Below, in pieces: positions 38,846 through 48,577 of a stretch of 64,000 bases of DNA; the first letter of the stretch is position 1; each line of letters starts with the position of its first letter. Origin of the DNA: an uncultured cyanobacterium (lineage in GTDB: Bacteria > Cyanobacteriota > Cyanobacteriia > Phormidesmidales > Phormidesmidaceae); assembly GCA_963793265.1 (NCBI GenBank), contig CAWBZI010000002.1, positions 384,001 through 448,000 on the forward strand, in the 5' to 3' direction. The notes under the pieces were generated by a model that worked only from the letters and a program-made list of their open reading frames with translations, was not told the DNA's origin and did not search any database. A program made the translations under genes and the position numbers.

Positions 38846-40192
38846 TTACTTGACCGTTTCATAGTTCTTCTGCTGTTCACCCCATCCAACAGCAGTATTA
38901 GTTCTTTTCCAATCCACGCCTTCTGCCTCATTTGTTCGATAGGGCCAGTAATTGTCTAGCTGCATCCCCAACGTAGCGACATTAGTCGCCTCCTTTTTAA
39001 TCTTCGCACTGACTGATTTCATTTTCTCAATACTGTCAATAGTCGCCAGTCCTCCAATTGTATCTGACAGCTTCTCTAGCTCTTTACCCCAATCTCTAGC
39101 AAGCTGGTATTTGCTAGAGTTCATAGTTTTTGGCTTTTCGTGTTCTACGTTGCTACCAGGATCATCAGTACGGCGATCGCTTCTAATGCCGAGAAATCCA
39201 TTCCCATCTTTCCAGTAATAGTGAGGCGGTTTTGCTAATCTACCCTGAAGATTCATAGATATGGTCGTACCGACTAACTGCATTGCTTGGTGGCTTGCTG
39301 TCTCAGTTATCTCACCTTCATGACCATCAGTTGCAACGAGGTAGCGGCTGATGTTAGCCACATGTTCTTTAAGTTTGTTACGTGGGTAAATGTGATGCCA
39401 AGTACCCTTCTCGCCTGTGACAAAGTTTTCTTCTGCGGTCAGTTTTATATTGTTACCCTTGCTTCCCTCACTAGCATAGCTTGGATCAGGATTCTTGAAA
39501 GGCACAGATCTTAATAGATCCACATTTTGCTGATCGGTTCGTTGGACGACGAACTGTTTGGGATAACTTGCGCCGAGTTTCGCTTGTTGTTGATAGAGTT
39601 GAGAATGTGTATCGACAGTTCTCTTCATTGCCGTCTCCATGTTAGAGGCCAAAGGGTGGTTGTAGCTTTGCTGAGTAGCCGCTTGTGCCCCCATTAAATC
39701 AGCTTCACGTTCTAAAGCAGGATCATCATTGACTGCCTTTCCTCTCATCTGCATCGTCGGCATGACCCGTCCCTGAAGCTGCTGTACAACGTGCCAGCCT
39801 TCATGAGGCAGATGTTTTTCTTGACCTACCCCTAGATGAATATCCTGACCTTGCGCATAGGCAAGAGCGTTCAGTTGCGCTGGTTTCGGAGAATTGCGAT
39901 GGACTCGCACATCCGACAGGTCAAGTCCTGATAAGTTCTCTAGTCCTGACTTCAGTTTATCTGGTATTCCTGTCCGATTTTCTACAAGCTGTACCGCTTG
40001 AACCGGCACTGTCGCTAGATTTGCTCGAAAGTGTGATTCACGATGAGATGTCGTCTCTCCATTTGAATCAGTCCTCTTATGTGCTCGCATCTGCGGTGTT
40101 ATCTGCTGAAATAGTGTCTTATTCGTAGACACTTCTCGCTGAGCCGCTTGCCGTTTTTCTCGTTCTTTAGCCATTAGCTGTCTCTCCAACAT
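38846..40192 (-). CDS. DUF4157 (eCIS core) protein with unknown C-terminal domain; putative effector
   Basis: G.DLSDVRVH...[11 protein letters not shown]...HEGWHVVQQ...LEREAD; VVQR followed by a divergent tail. Confidence 0.85.
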   Translation of the reverse strand: MLERQLMAKEREKRQAAQREVSTNKTLFQQITPQMRAHKRTDSNGETTSHRESHFRANLATVPVQAVQLVENRTGIPDKLKSGLENLSGLDLSDVRVHRNSPKPAQLNALAYAQGQDIHLGVGQEKHLPHEGWHVVQQLQGRVMPTMQMRGKAVNDDPALEREADLMGAQAATQQSYNHPLASNMETAMKRTVDTHSQLYQQQAKLGASYPKQFVVQRTDQQNVDLLRSVPFKNPDPSYASEGSKGNNIKLTAEENFVTGEKGTWHHIYPRNKLKEHVANISRYLVATDGHEGEITETASHQAMQLVGTTISMNLQGRLAKPPHYYWKDGNGFLGIRSDRRTDDPGSNVEHEKPKTMNSSKYQLARDWGKELEKLSDTIGGLATIDSIEKMKSVSAKIKKEATNVATLGMQLDNYWPYRTNEAEGVDWKRTNTAVGWGEQQKNYETVK

Positions 40193-40439
40193 TCAAATCC
40201 GTATAAATTGACTGCGCGATCGCCCGCCCCACTTCCTCAGCCCTCAACCCCTCCTGCAATACCAAATCCGCAGGCACCTTCGCAATCCGCCCGCCCTGCC
40301 GCAAAGCATCCGGCACCCCATGCACCGCCATCAACCGCGACAGCTCCGCCTCGAAAGCCGCCCGCAACCGAGGCCGCTCATTTCTTGGTACCTTCACGCC
40401 CGAAAGCGCCAAACTATCAATGTGTAAATGCAGCGTCAT
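40167..40439 (-). CDS. Small CIS-associated protein
   Basis: LHIDSLALSG...A.EAEL.RL...GRAIAQSIY; overlaps the ATPase stop, a usual position in CIS loci. Confidence 0.7.
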   Translation of the reverse strand: MTLHLHIDSLALSGVKVPRNERPRLRAAFEAELSRLMAVHGVPDALRQGGRIAKVPADLVLQEGLRAEEVGRAIAQSIYTDLNVGETANG

Positions 40440-42409
40440 TCTCGAAAATCCTCCTCATTGATCGGCCTTTCTAGCTTGCGATACTCCGCCCTTGCCGCTG
40501 TCAGCACATGCCGCATACCCACCGCCGACTTCTCTTTCGCCGCTAAAAAAGCAGAGTTAATAGCGATCGCATGAATATTTCCCCCCGTAAAATTCAGCCT
40601 TGCCAGCCGCCGATAGTCCAAATCTGCTACTGGCGTTTGAGCTGGAAACACCTGCTGCCACAGCCGCAGCCGCTCCGCTCGTGCAGGCACCGGAAACGTA
40701 ACCACAAACCGCAGCCGCCGCAAAAAAGCCGTATCCAGCGAACTGCGCAAATTCGTCGCCAAAATCGCTAGCCCCTGATATGCCTCTAGCCGCTGCAACA
40801 GATAGTTTGTTTCAATATTCGCATAGCGATCGTGAGAGTCTTTCACATCGCTCCGCTTGCCAAACAGCGCATCCGCTTCATCAAAAAACAAAATCGTCCC
40901 GCCATCTTCTGCCGCATCAAACAGCTTCCGCAAATTCTTCTCTGTCTCACCAATATACTTACTCACCACCGCCGACAAATCAATCCGATACAAGTGCAGC
41001 CGCAGCTCATGAGCAATCACCTCTGCCGCCATCGTCTTCCCCGTCCCACTCTCCCCCGCAAACAAAACACTCACACCCAGCCCCCGATTCATCTTCTGCC
41101 GAAAGCCCCAGTCGTCGTACACCAGCGCCCGCTGTCGCACCTGCTCAGCAATCTGATGCAGTAAAGCTGTCTCCTCGGCAGGTAGAACAATGTCGTCCCA
41201 GGTTGCCTTTACCGTAAGCCGCTGAGCCAAGTTGTCGAGCTTAGGTCGCGTTTTGTCCAGGCAGGCATTCCAAATGCGGGCTTCATTTAGCGAATGAGGA
41301 GAGGGTTTCTCATCAGAAGGGAGTACGGTAGAGGCAATATCAACAATGTCAGGCGCGTTGAGGCAAAACTGACTGGCAAGATGAGTCGGAATCGGTTCCG
41401 AGTCTGGGCCGAGAAGAAGCTGCCATAGCGATCGCTGCTCAATAGACGTAGGCTTCGAGACTTCGACAGCAACAACAGCCCTACCCAGCGAAAGCCCTTT
41501 ATCTGGCATATTAATAAAGCAAATGCCCTGGCACCGAGAAACAAAATGCTTGAGCGCAGTCGCCTGAGTGCCCTTGGCATCTATGTCCGAGCCCTCCAGG
41601 TAGAGTGCGACCGGTAGCAATAACGTTTCACGATGCCACAGACGTGCCAGCGCAGTTAGTTCGCTCGATTGAACCGGTAACTGTTCAACCGACAAGCGAT
41701 AAATTTGTCGCCCCAACTGGTCAGCCACTGCTTGAGCAATCTGTTCTTGGCTAGTGCTATCGGGGCCTAAAAGCTGAAGAACGGGATAAGGGCCGGGGTG
41801 TTGCTCTGATTGGGTGAGGGTGTCGATGATTTTAGTCATCGTCGCCTGTTGAGAGGTCGGTAGCGCAGCAGGTGCAGCAGGTAGCCATGACTGAAGTGGA
41901 CTCACCAGCTCAAAAAGGCGACTGTCTAATTTGTTGACGCCCTTGAGATAGTTCACAACTCGCATATCTGCACGCAGAGGGCTAACTGTAAGCGGCGTTG
42001 TGGCGTTTAGCGTTACGTCTATAAGCTGCCAGTCGCGCAGCGTCCCATCGGTCATCACCACTGACCAATCGGGCTGATCGAAGAGCGTAAGCGCAAGCGC
42101 AAAGGTAGGGTAAGGGCGCTGAGGATTATCTTGCGCTTTGGCGCATAGCGGCGCAATTTGAGTGTTTAGCTCCACAGCCGCGCAAAGGAGCAAAAGCTGT
42201 TGTTCAAAAACAGAGAGATCAAACCGTTGGGCTAAAAAAGCAAGCGCTGGGACAAATTCGTTGTCTGATTGAACGCTAAACAGTTCGGTTGTAGGGCGAT
42301 CGCCGCCCGCACTCTCATTCACCGCTACCTGATATTCCAGCATCGCTTGCAGCCAGGCGATCACCTCACTCAAAAACCGATCGTTCTGTTCTATCCACCG
42401 CTCCCCCAT
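40436..42409 (-). CDS. CIS AAA+ ATPase (Afp15/Pvc15-like)
   Basis: Walker A GESGTGKT, VVSKYIGETEKNL, Walker B FFDEAD, DSHDRYAN. Confidence 0.95.
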   Translation of the reverse strand: MGERWIEQNDRFLSEVIAWLQAMLEYQVAVNESAGGDRPTTELFSVQSDNEFVPALAFLAQRFDLSVFEQQLLLLCAAVELNTQIAPLCAKAQDNPQRPYPTFALALTLFDQPDWSVVMTDGTLRDWQLIDVTLNATTPLTVSPLRADMRVVNYLKGVNKLDSRLFELVSPLQSWLPAAPAALPTSQQATMTKIIDTLTQSEQHPGPYPVLQLLGPDSTSQEQIAQAVADQLGRQIYRLSVEQLPVQSSELTALARLWHRETLLLPVALYLEGSDIDAKGTQATALKHFVSRCQGICFINMPDKGLSLGRAVVAVEVSKPTSIEQRSLWQLLLGPDSEPIPTHLASQFCLNAPDIVDIASTVLPSDEKPSPHSLNEARIWNACLDKTRPKLDNLAQRLTVKATWDDIVLPAEETALLHQIAEQVRQRALVYDDWGFRQKMNRGLGVSVLFAGESGTGKTMAAEVIAHELRLHLYRIDLSAVVSKYIGETEKNLRKLFDAAEDGGTILFFDEADALFGKRSDVKDSHDRYANIETNYLLQRLEAYQGLAILATNLRSSLDTAFLRRLRFVVTFPVPARAERLRLWQQVFPAQTPVADLDYRRLARLNFTGGNIHAIAINSAFLAAKEKSAVGMRHVLTAARAEYRKLERPINEEDFRE

Positions 42410-43711
42410 CTATCCAGACCCTCCAGGCACCGTCACCCGATAAGCCGGATCGAACCGCAGCTTGCCATCAGGCGATCGCACTACCAGCCCACTATCCACC
42501 CCATCTACCCGCACCCGCAGCCAATACTCACCTGCCGCCACATCCTTCAGCCCAAACTCAAGCGCACTCACCGGCTCTATCTCATCAGCCTCCCACTTAT
42601 AAGCAATCTCTTGGCTACCCAACAGCAGCGACACTTGCTGCCCCGGTCGCACAGCAGGTTTACAGTCGAGCGCTATGCGAATAGCTGAAACGCGAAGTGT
42701 ATCTGGATTGATAGCAGGCGCGATCGCCACCGATAGCGCATTAGAAAGCTGAGTGCTATCTGCTTGACCGCTGTCTGCTTGCCCATAGCGCAAAGCCACC
42801 GTATAAAAGCCAGCTAGCCATGACGGCTGAGTCTCATCAGGGAGCACAACCGTAATCTCATTCGGTGCGGCTGACGGCGGCAGCGGTATTTCAATCGGGC
42901 GGCTCATCTGTGGATGCTTGAACCGGGCAAATGCATTGTCTCCAATATCATTCAGGCGGTTCCCTTTTATCGTAAGCGCGCCGCCTACAACAAGGCCAGA
43001 TTGTTCACGAATGCCAGGCCAGCTTAGCGATTGAAGCGTTGGGAAAGGTGGGGTAAGATCGGCCTGAGTAAGAACACCGCGATCGCCTTCCCCCCGAGCC
43101 ATCACTGGCAAAGCCGCCTTCACCGGCACTCCGCTCTCAATTAGCACTACAGAGACTTCATAAGCCGCTGAAATTCGATACGGCGCTTGAAACGTTGACC
43201 ACATTTTAGAAATCTCTTCCATCGAGAGAATCTGTGGCGTAACCCGCACCCGCTCAAGCTGATTTTTTAAATTGCTGCTCACCAAAATCTCTCGCTTATC
43301 AGGCGACAGGTTAGGACTATCCACAGCCTGTTCAATATCTCGCGCCTTCACCTCAGGATGATCGTGAAAGCGCTGCATCGCCATACCCAGCAGCCGTTGC
43401 CCCTCAATATCATCATCGTTTTTACCATAGGCCGTAATCAAATACGACAGCGTTAGCGCCAGCGGATCTCTTCCAGTCTCACCCGGTTTTACCCGTCCTG
43501 GCACCGACCGATTACGCCAGGCCGCATTCGGCAAAATCTGGTACAAAAAGATATTGATCTGGTTAGTGCTCTCGTTACCTCCTCTGGCCTTATCGAGCGG
43601 CTTGGCAGTGACGCTTTCCAGACTCACAACAGCATTACTACTGGCCAGCGACTGCGTGAGTAAATAGTCGAGCATGGTGGTAACAGCCGCGATCGCTAAA
43701 GCATTACTCAT
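42410..43711 (-). CDS. DUF4255 cap/terminator protein (Afp16/Pvc16-like) with C-terminal Ig-like extension
   Basis: MSNALAIAAVT, NIFLYQI.PN..WRN, L.YLITAY, YRISAAYEVSVVLI. Confidence 0.88.
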   Translation of the reverse strand: MSNALAIAAVTTMLDYLLTQSLASSNAVVSLESVTAKPLDKARGGNESTNQINIFLYQILPNAAWRNRSVPGRVKPGETGRDPLALTLSYLITAYGKNDDDIEGQRLLGMAMQRFHDHPEVKARDIEQAVDSPNLSPDKREILVSSNLKNQLERVRVTPQILSMEEISKMWSTFQAPYRISAAYEVSVVLIESGVPVKAALPVMARGEGDRGVLTQADLTPPFPTLQSLSWPGIREQSGLVVGGALTIKGNRLNDIGDNAFARFKHPQMSRPIEIPLPPSAAPNEITVVLPDETQPSWLAGFYTVALRYGQADSGQADSTQLSNALSVAIAPAINPDTLRVSAIRIALDCKPAVRPGQQVSLLLGSQEIAYKWEADEIEPVSALEFGLKDVAAGEYWLRVRVDGVDSGLVVRSPDGKLRFDPAYRVTVPGGSG

Positions 43712-45369
43712 GACGATTGGCCTCCCCGCTGCTTCAGATAGTCTTGTAAGGAGAGCGACGGCTGACGCTGTTTTCTGCGAGACGGTTTGGGCGATGGCTC
43801 AGGCGCAGTTACGCTCACCTCAATTCGCCCAATTGTGACTTTTACGGGGGGAGCGTCTGCTTTGTTGTGGGGGGGAAAGGTAGGTGATCGCTTTGAAACA
43901 GCAGTGAAGAGAGAATTGACTTCAGTGGTTGTGGCTGTATAGGGCTGTATGGCTTGTGGAAGGGAAAGTGTGGGTTGGTGAGTAGGGGATTGTGGCTGAA
44001 GTGGGGGAGTGGGGGCGGGCGATCGCGCTAAAGATTGAGCGCGGTTGGCCTGAAGGCGGATAGCCTGAAGGTGTAGAGGAGAGGGAGCTAAGAGATTGTT
44101 TGCAGTTAAAAGAGCGTTCATTGTCTCTGACGAAGGTTGAGACGTAGGGTTAATAGCTGATGAGCGGGTTACTACTGCTTTCGGCGGCTCATCTGTTGGT
44201 TTTTGGTGCAAAGCTGCCGCAGATTCTAGGATTTTAGGATTAGAGTCTATCTCTATCGGCGTAGCAGGCTGCGGCAAACCGCTCAGTCTGGAAGTGTCTG
44301 GGTGAGCAGTTTGCGGCTGAGAAGTCTGCGGCTGAGAAACTAATGATTGAGCAATCGACGGCTGAGCAACTGATGGCTGAATAACTGAGGGTCGAATAGC
44401 TGGCGGCTGAATAACTGACGACAGTTGAGCAACTATTGGCTGAACAACTGGCGGCTGAGCAGTGGTAGGAGCAACTGACGATTGAATAACTGGTGGTTGA
44501 GCAACTGACGATTGAGCAGTTGTCGGCCGCTCAACTGGCGGCTGAGCGGCCGTAGGAGTAATCTCAACCTTGCAAAAGTCCTGACCAGGGCTATCGCTAC
44601 CGATACCTAAATCCGATTGTGTGCGATCTGTCTTCACTACTTGATCTGACTCTGTTCTATTGCTACTAATTACTGAGCCCTCTTGTGGTGGAGCCATCCT
44701 GTTCGACTGGGCGGAGTTAGGTAGTATTGGGCGATCGCTAGTTGTTTTCACCGCTGAATCATCTAAGCCGGGCTGCTCAGAAATCAACTGTTTCGGCACC
44801 ACCTGTTCAGATGCTATTTGAGGTGTCATTCGTTCAGAAAGCTGATGTTCAAAAAGCACTTGCTCAGACGATACTTGCCCAGCAGATAGCTGGCCAGAAG
44901 ATCTTCGTTCAAAATCCCCCCTTTCAAAAGATCGCGGCCTTCCCTCCTCTCCTTCAGATCCTCCGGCCCCCTTCTCCCCTCGGGAGAAGGGCTGGGGATG
45001 AGGGCTCGACATATCCATAACCGCTCGACCAGACCGATCAGCAGACGGCACGGCAGAAAAAATATCAGCAACCGTTAAAGCCGGTTGCTCCGACAATGAT
45101 TCTGAAACCAGTAAATCTACTTCAGACGCATCAATAAACGGTTGCTGTGAAGATATTCGCTGCGGTGATGATAGGGAGCTTGATGCTGACAAACCAAACG
45201 TTGCAGATTCAGTTGAAGAGCCAAAGACTCCCAAAGAACTAGCAGGTGGCGGAACTTTCGAGTCGGCCAGCAACGGTTCTTCCGATGAAAACACACCAGG
45301 TACAGCGGGCCAAATGCCAACAGGCCCCACCCAAGTTCGCTCTATCAACTGTGGTAGATAGTCATTCAT
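43708..45369 (-). CDS. Low-complexity Ser/Pro/Gln-rich CIS protein, candidate tape measure
   Basis: Disordered composition, conserved-looking C-terminal PPVKVTIGRIEV...LSLQDYL; follows the tube and chaperone genes. Confidence 0.6.
   Translation of the reverse strand: MNDYLPQLIERTWVGPVGIWPAVPGVFSSEEPLLADSKVPPPASSLGVFGSSTESATFGLSASSSLSSPQRISSQQPFIDASEVDLLVSESLSEQPALTVADIFSAVPSADRSGRAVMDMSSPHPQPFSRGEKGAGGSEGEEGRPRSFERGDFERRSSGQLSAGQVSSEQVLFEHQLSERMTPQIASEQVVPKQLISEQPGLDDSAVKTTSDRPILPNSAQSNRMAPPQEGSVISSNRTESDQVVKTDRTQSDLGIGSDSPGQDFCKVEITPTAAQPPVERPTTAQSSVAQPPVIQSSVAPTTAQPPVVQPIVAQLSSVIQPPAIRPSVIQPSVAQPSIAQSLVSQPQTSQPQTAHPDTSRLSGLPQPATPIEIDSNPKILESAAALHQKPTDEPPKAVVTRSSAINPTSQPSSETMNALLTANNLLAPSPLHLQAIRLQANRAQSLARSPAPTPPLQPQSPTHQPTLSLPQAIQPYTATTTEVNSLFTAVSKRSPTFPPHNKADAPPVKVTIGRIEVSVTAPEPSPKPSRRKQRQPSLSLQDYLKQRGGQSS
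44967..45004. repeat. Cyanobacterial dispersed palindromic (REP-like) element embedded in a CDS
   Basis: CCCTTCTCCC-ctc-GGGAGAAGGG followed by CTGGGGATGAGGG; encodes PHPQPFSRGEKG on the - strand. Confidence 0.55.
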
Positions 45370-46127
45370 TCTCCGGCCCGATCAACTCGATCTAAATAAA
45401 ACTGTCGTCGCACGCCGCTCATCGCTAAAATATCCGACTCTCGCCAGCCATAGAAGCGAGCCAGTATATGCACTTCTTGCAAAAGCTGCTTCGCCAGGTT
45501 AGTCAGCTCCGCCCAAAAGAAAGAGACAATATCAAACAAACTTTGCCAGCTATGGTCACAGTCCGGGCAAACCAAAGGCATCAACACCTCTGCCTGCGGA
45601 TCGTGTTCTATCATTTGTTCACTAATCTGCATCCGCACCGATCCTGGCAGCGCCTCTATATCCACCGCTTCTCCCTTATATTGGGCTGCTACCAAACAGC
45701 GAGAAAGCAGCTGAGCAGATGATGCTGCAATATCACTTACAGGGGCGATCGCGCCCAAATCATAGCTATTCGGCAGCCGAAACTTAATCTGATAGTCCTC
45801 CTGAACAAAGTCATACACCGCTGCTGTTCCTTCTTCAGCCAGCTCAACAACAGGCTTAGAAAACTGAATATCAGCCACCGACAGCCCAAACTCTAGCTGA
45901 CACTGACACTCGGGGCAGCTTGTCATGCTGTTGAGCTTAGGGCCAAACGTCAGCGATCGCAACTGCAACAGCCCCGCATCCCGCTGCCCCACACTCAGCT
46001 CAGCAAGCTGCACATCACTCCCCTGCGGATAGGCCACACGCAGTAGCAGCAAAGCCTGTTCTAAAGGATGCCGCCGCTTCCCCTGCTCCCAAACGGATAA
46101 AATTTGAGCCGCCGAAAGCTTGCGCAT
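45366..46127 (-). CDS. CIS tail-assembly chaperone / T4 gp26-like protein
   Basis: CPEC and CPDC pairs, FRLPN, EVHILARFYGWRESDILAM. Confidence 0.75.
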   Translation of the reverse strand: MRKLSAAQILSVWEQGKRRHPLEQALLLLRVAYPQGSDVQLAELSVGQRDAGLLQLRSLTFGPKLNSMTSCPECQCQLEFGLSVADIQFSKPVVELAEEGTAAVYDFVQEDYQIKFRLPNSYDLGAIAPVSDIAASSAQLLSRCLVAAQYKGEAVDIEALPGSVRMQISEQMIEHDPQAEVLMPLVCPDCDHSWQSLFDIVSFFWAELTNLAKQLLQEVHILARFYGWRESDILAMSGVRRQFYLDRVDRAGE

Positions 46128-46169
46128 ACAGGATAAGCCCTATGTAGATTGGTTCTAACGCCTTCTCTT

Positions 46170-46700
46170 CTATGCCGGTTCTAAAAACGAAGGCTCCCCA
46201 GGCTCAGCCATATCATAATCTCGCTCCCAGCCCTCATTTTGCAGCGTAATCATCTGGATCGCGACCGCATTCGCATTCGCATCCAGCTCAGGCATCGCCG
46301 TAAATTCCGACACCCAGCAGCGATAGACCTTGTACGAAATCGCCACCTGCCCCGCCTCATTCATCAGCTCGATAATAATGTCTTTGCGAAAGTCTTTTAG
46401 CGACACCTCAGCCCCTAAGCCCGAGCCATAGTTCCACACCTTATTGGCCCACTGCTCAAAATCTCTATCGTGCGTCACCCCGCGCTCCAAAGAGATCGCA
46501 TCATACTTAGTCGGCCCCGGCGAATTACGCTTACTGCTCGGATCGCCTCCTTCTCTATGCTCAATTACCTCAGTCGTTCGCTTCAGCGCCCCCACCTTAC
46601 TTATTCCGGCCACATAGCGACCATCCCACTTCACGCGAAACTTAAAATTCTTATACGGATCAAAACGCTGCGCGTTAACAACAAACTGAGGAGCAGGCAT
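46170..46700 (-). CDS. CIS tail tube protein (T4 gp19-like, Afp1/5)
   Basis: DPYKNFKFRVKWDG, EHREGG, ISLERGVT, RKDIIIEL.NEAG. Confidence 0.95.
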   Translation of the reverse strand: MPAPQFVVNAQRFDPYKNFKFRVKWDGRYVAGISKVGALKRTTEVIEHREGGDPSSKRNSPGPTKYDAISLERGVTHDRDFEQWANKVWNYGSGLGAEVSLKDFRKDIIIELMNEAGQVAISYKVYRCWVSEFTAMPELDANANAVAIQMITLQNEGWERDYDMAEPGEPSFLEPA

Positions 46701-46751
46701 ATTTGAAAATTCTCCAAGATGTAAAAACGATGAATGGTCTAAATTCGATCC

Positions 46752-48314
46752 CTAAGTCGCAATCTCACCCGCAATCTGCTGAAACTTCAAGATCACAAAC
46801 TCCGCAGGCTTCAGCGGCGCATACCCCACAACAATATTCACAATCCCCTGATTAATATCATTCTGCGTCGTCGTCTCCTTATCGCACTTCACAAAGTAAG
46901 CATCTTTAGCCGCCGTTCCCTGAAAAGCACCCTGCCGGAAAAGATTGTTCATAAACGCACCTACGTTCAATCGAATCTGAGCCCAAAGCGGCTCATCATT
47001 CGGCTCAAACACCACCCACTGCGTCCCCCGATACAAACTCTCTTCCAAATACAGCGCCAGCCGCCGCACCGGAATATACTTCCACTCAGAAGCAAGCTGA
47101 TCGTTGCCCTGCAACGTGCGCGCGCCCCATACCACCCGGCCAGCCGCCGGGAAGGCCCGCAAACAGTTAACCCCCAGCGGATTAAGCTGTCCGTTTTCAT
47201 CATCAGTCAGCGGCACGCTAAAGCCCGTTACGCCGTTCAGCGTCGCATCCAAACCAGCAGGCGCTTTCCACACGCCACGCTGCGCATCAGTGCGGGCCAT
47301 CACCCCAGCGATCACACCACAGGGCGCAAACGTTCCCATCTGATTTTCTCTCAGCGCATCCGGCTTTCGCAGCCGAGGAAAGAACACCGCTGCATTCTTG
47401 CTGTTCGTACCCAAAGCACCTGCGCCATCTCTAGCTAATGCAACCGATGTCCAGCTCGAAGGTGGATCAACAATCATCATCGCCCGCCGTTTCTCACAGT
47501 AGGCGGCAGCAGTAGTCACCAGCGGCGACTCAACATCATCACCAGCGTAAGGGGGAATACAAAGTAGATTGAACAGATCGGCTTTTTCAAGCGCAAACAG
47601 TCCTGTCTTTGCGCCCTCTTTGCCCGTACCAGTAAAGTCATTGGTATCAATGCTATCACCGTCTGCGCCAGGCGTTGTCACTGGGCTGCTGGCCGCATCG
47701 TCAGTCCAAATCGTGCTGCTAGCGCCTTCACTGTGTTCATCCGGTCGATTATCACCTGTGTTATCGATTCCGCGTACTAACATAGAACTGTTTTGCAGCA
47801 CAGCATCCACCTGTCGAGCACTGTCTTTTGTTGAGACGTTCTGAAAGGTTTCTGTTACACCTGTTTTGGTATCACGTATTGTCAGGTTAAAAAGATCACC
47901 ATCGTCTAGCCCGTAACGCTCTGCGAGCCCAGGCATGTCAACATGGCTAATGCGCGCGCGTAGGCTGTTTCCCCAAGCCCCAGCAGCAGCAGCGTTCAAA
48001 GCCAGCCCATTAGCATTTAAAGAGGCGGTAGAATTCTCGCCCGTTTTCTCATGAAACACTCTTACTATCACGGCCTGCCCGCCGCCGTTCAAGAAAAAGT
48101 CTTGCACCGCGTAGCCGAGATTGCTCTTACGCCATAGTCCACCAAAAATACGTTCAAAGTCGCCGTAGTTGTTGATAGTAACGGGCTCATCAGTAGGGCC
48201 GCGCAGCGCTCTGCCGATAAAGGCCGTAATCGAAGTAGCTACCCCTGAGATGGTTCTAACGCCGCTGGGCAGCTCTTCTACATAAACACCAGGATAGGTT
48301 GGAGCAGTTGGCAT
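46752..48314 (-). CDS. CIS tail sheath protein (Afp2/3/4-like)
   Basis: PGVYVEE, RGVWKAPAG, VWGARTL, VFEPNDEPLW, APLKPAEFV. Confidence 0.95.
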   Translation of the reverse strand: MPTAPTYPGVYVEELPSGVRTISGVATSITAFIGRALRGPTDEPVTINNYGDFERIFGGLWRKSNLGYAVQDFFLNGGGQAVIVRVFHEKTGENSTASLNANGLALNAAAAGAWGNSLRARISHVDMPGLAERYGLDDGDLFNLTIRDTKTGVTETFQNVSTKDSARQVDAVLQNSSMLVRGIDNTGDNRPDEHSEGASSTIWTDDAASSPVTTPGADGDSIDTNDFTGTGKEGAKTGLFALEKADLFNLLCIPPYAGDDVESPLVTTAAAYCEKRRAMMIVDPPSSWTSVALARDGAGALGTNSKNAAVFFPRLRKPDALRENQMGTFAPCGVIAGVMARTDAQRGVWKAPAGLDATLNGVTGFSVPLTDDENGQLNPLGVNCLRAFPAAGRVVWGARTLQGNDQLASEWKYIPVRRLALYLEESLYRGTQWVVFEPNDEPLWAQIRLNVGAFMNNLFRQGAFQGTAAKDAYFVKCDKETTTQNDINQGIVNIVVGYAPLKPAEFVILKFQQIAGEIAT

Positions 48315-48577
48315 AAAAGTGTCCTCAAAATTAGCAGTTTATTTACAAGGTTCAAATCAAAATGTAGTCAAGGTTGACTGATACCGAACCATCTCAGCTA
48401 TGGCAGCGGTAGTCGCACCGACGAGTTAATATTTTAGAACAACGTCTGATCTACAACAATCTAAACGGCGATCGCACCTTCGCATACAAGCATTCTCAAA
48501 ATTGTTGGAAAACATAACAGAACTAAACGAGTAGGTATTGAAAGCAATAGTCATAAAAAAGCAGGCGTTGTATTCAT

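Noticed and set aside
40208..41217. Several Pro/Ser/His-rich + strand ORFs
   Set aside because: Shadows of the ATPase and adjacent genes caused by C+A-rich composition with few stop codons
17611..48314. Prophage or T6SS interpretation of the tail genes
   Set aside because: No capsid, terminase, portal or integrase, and no TssJLM or ClpV; DUF4255, DUF4157 and the Afp15-type ATPase indicate eCIS
48366..48379. Palindrome AGTCAAggTTGACT upstream of the sheath gene
   Set aside because: Short, single copy, no matching site seen upstream of the baseplate operon
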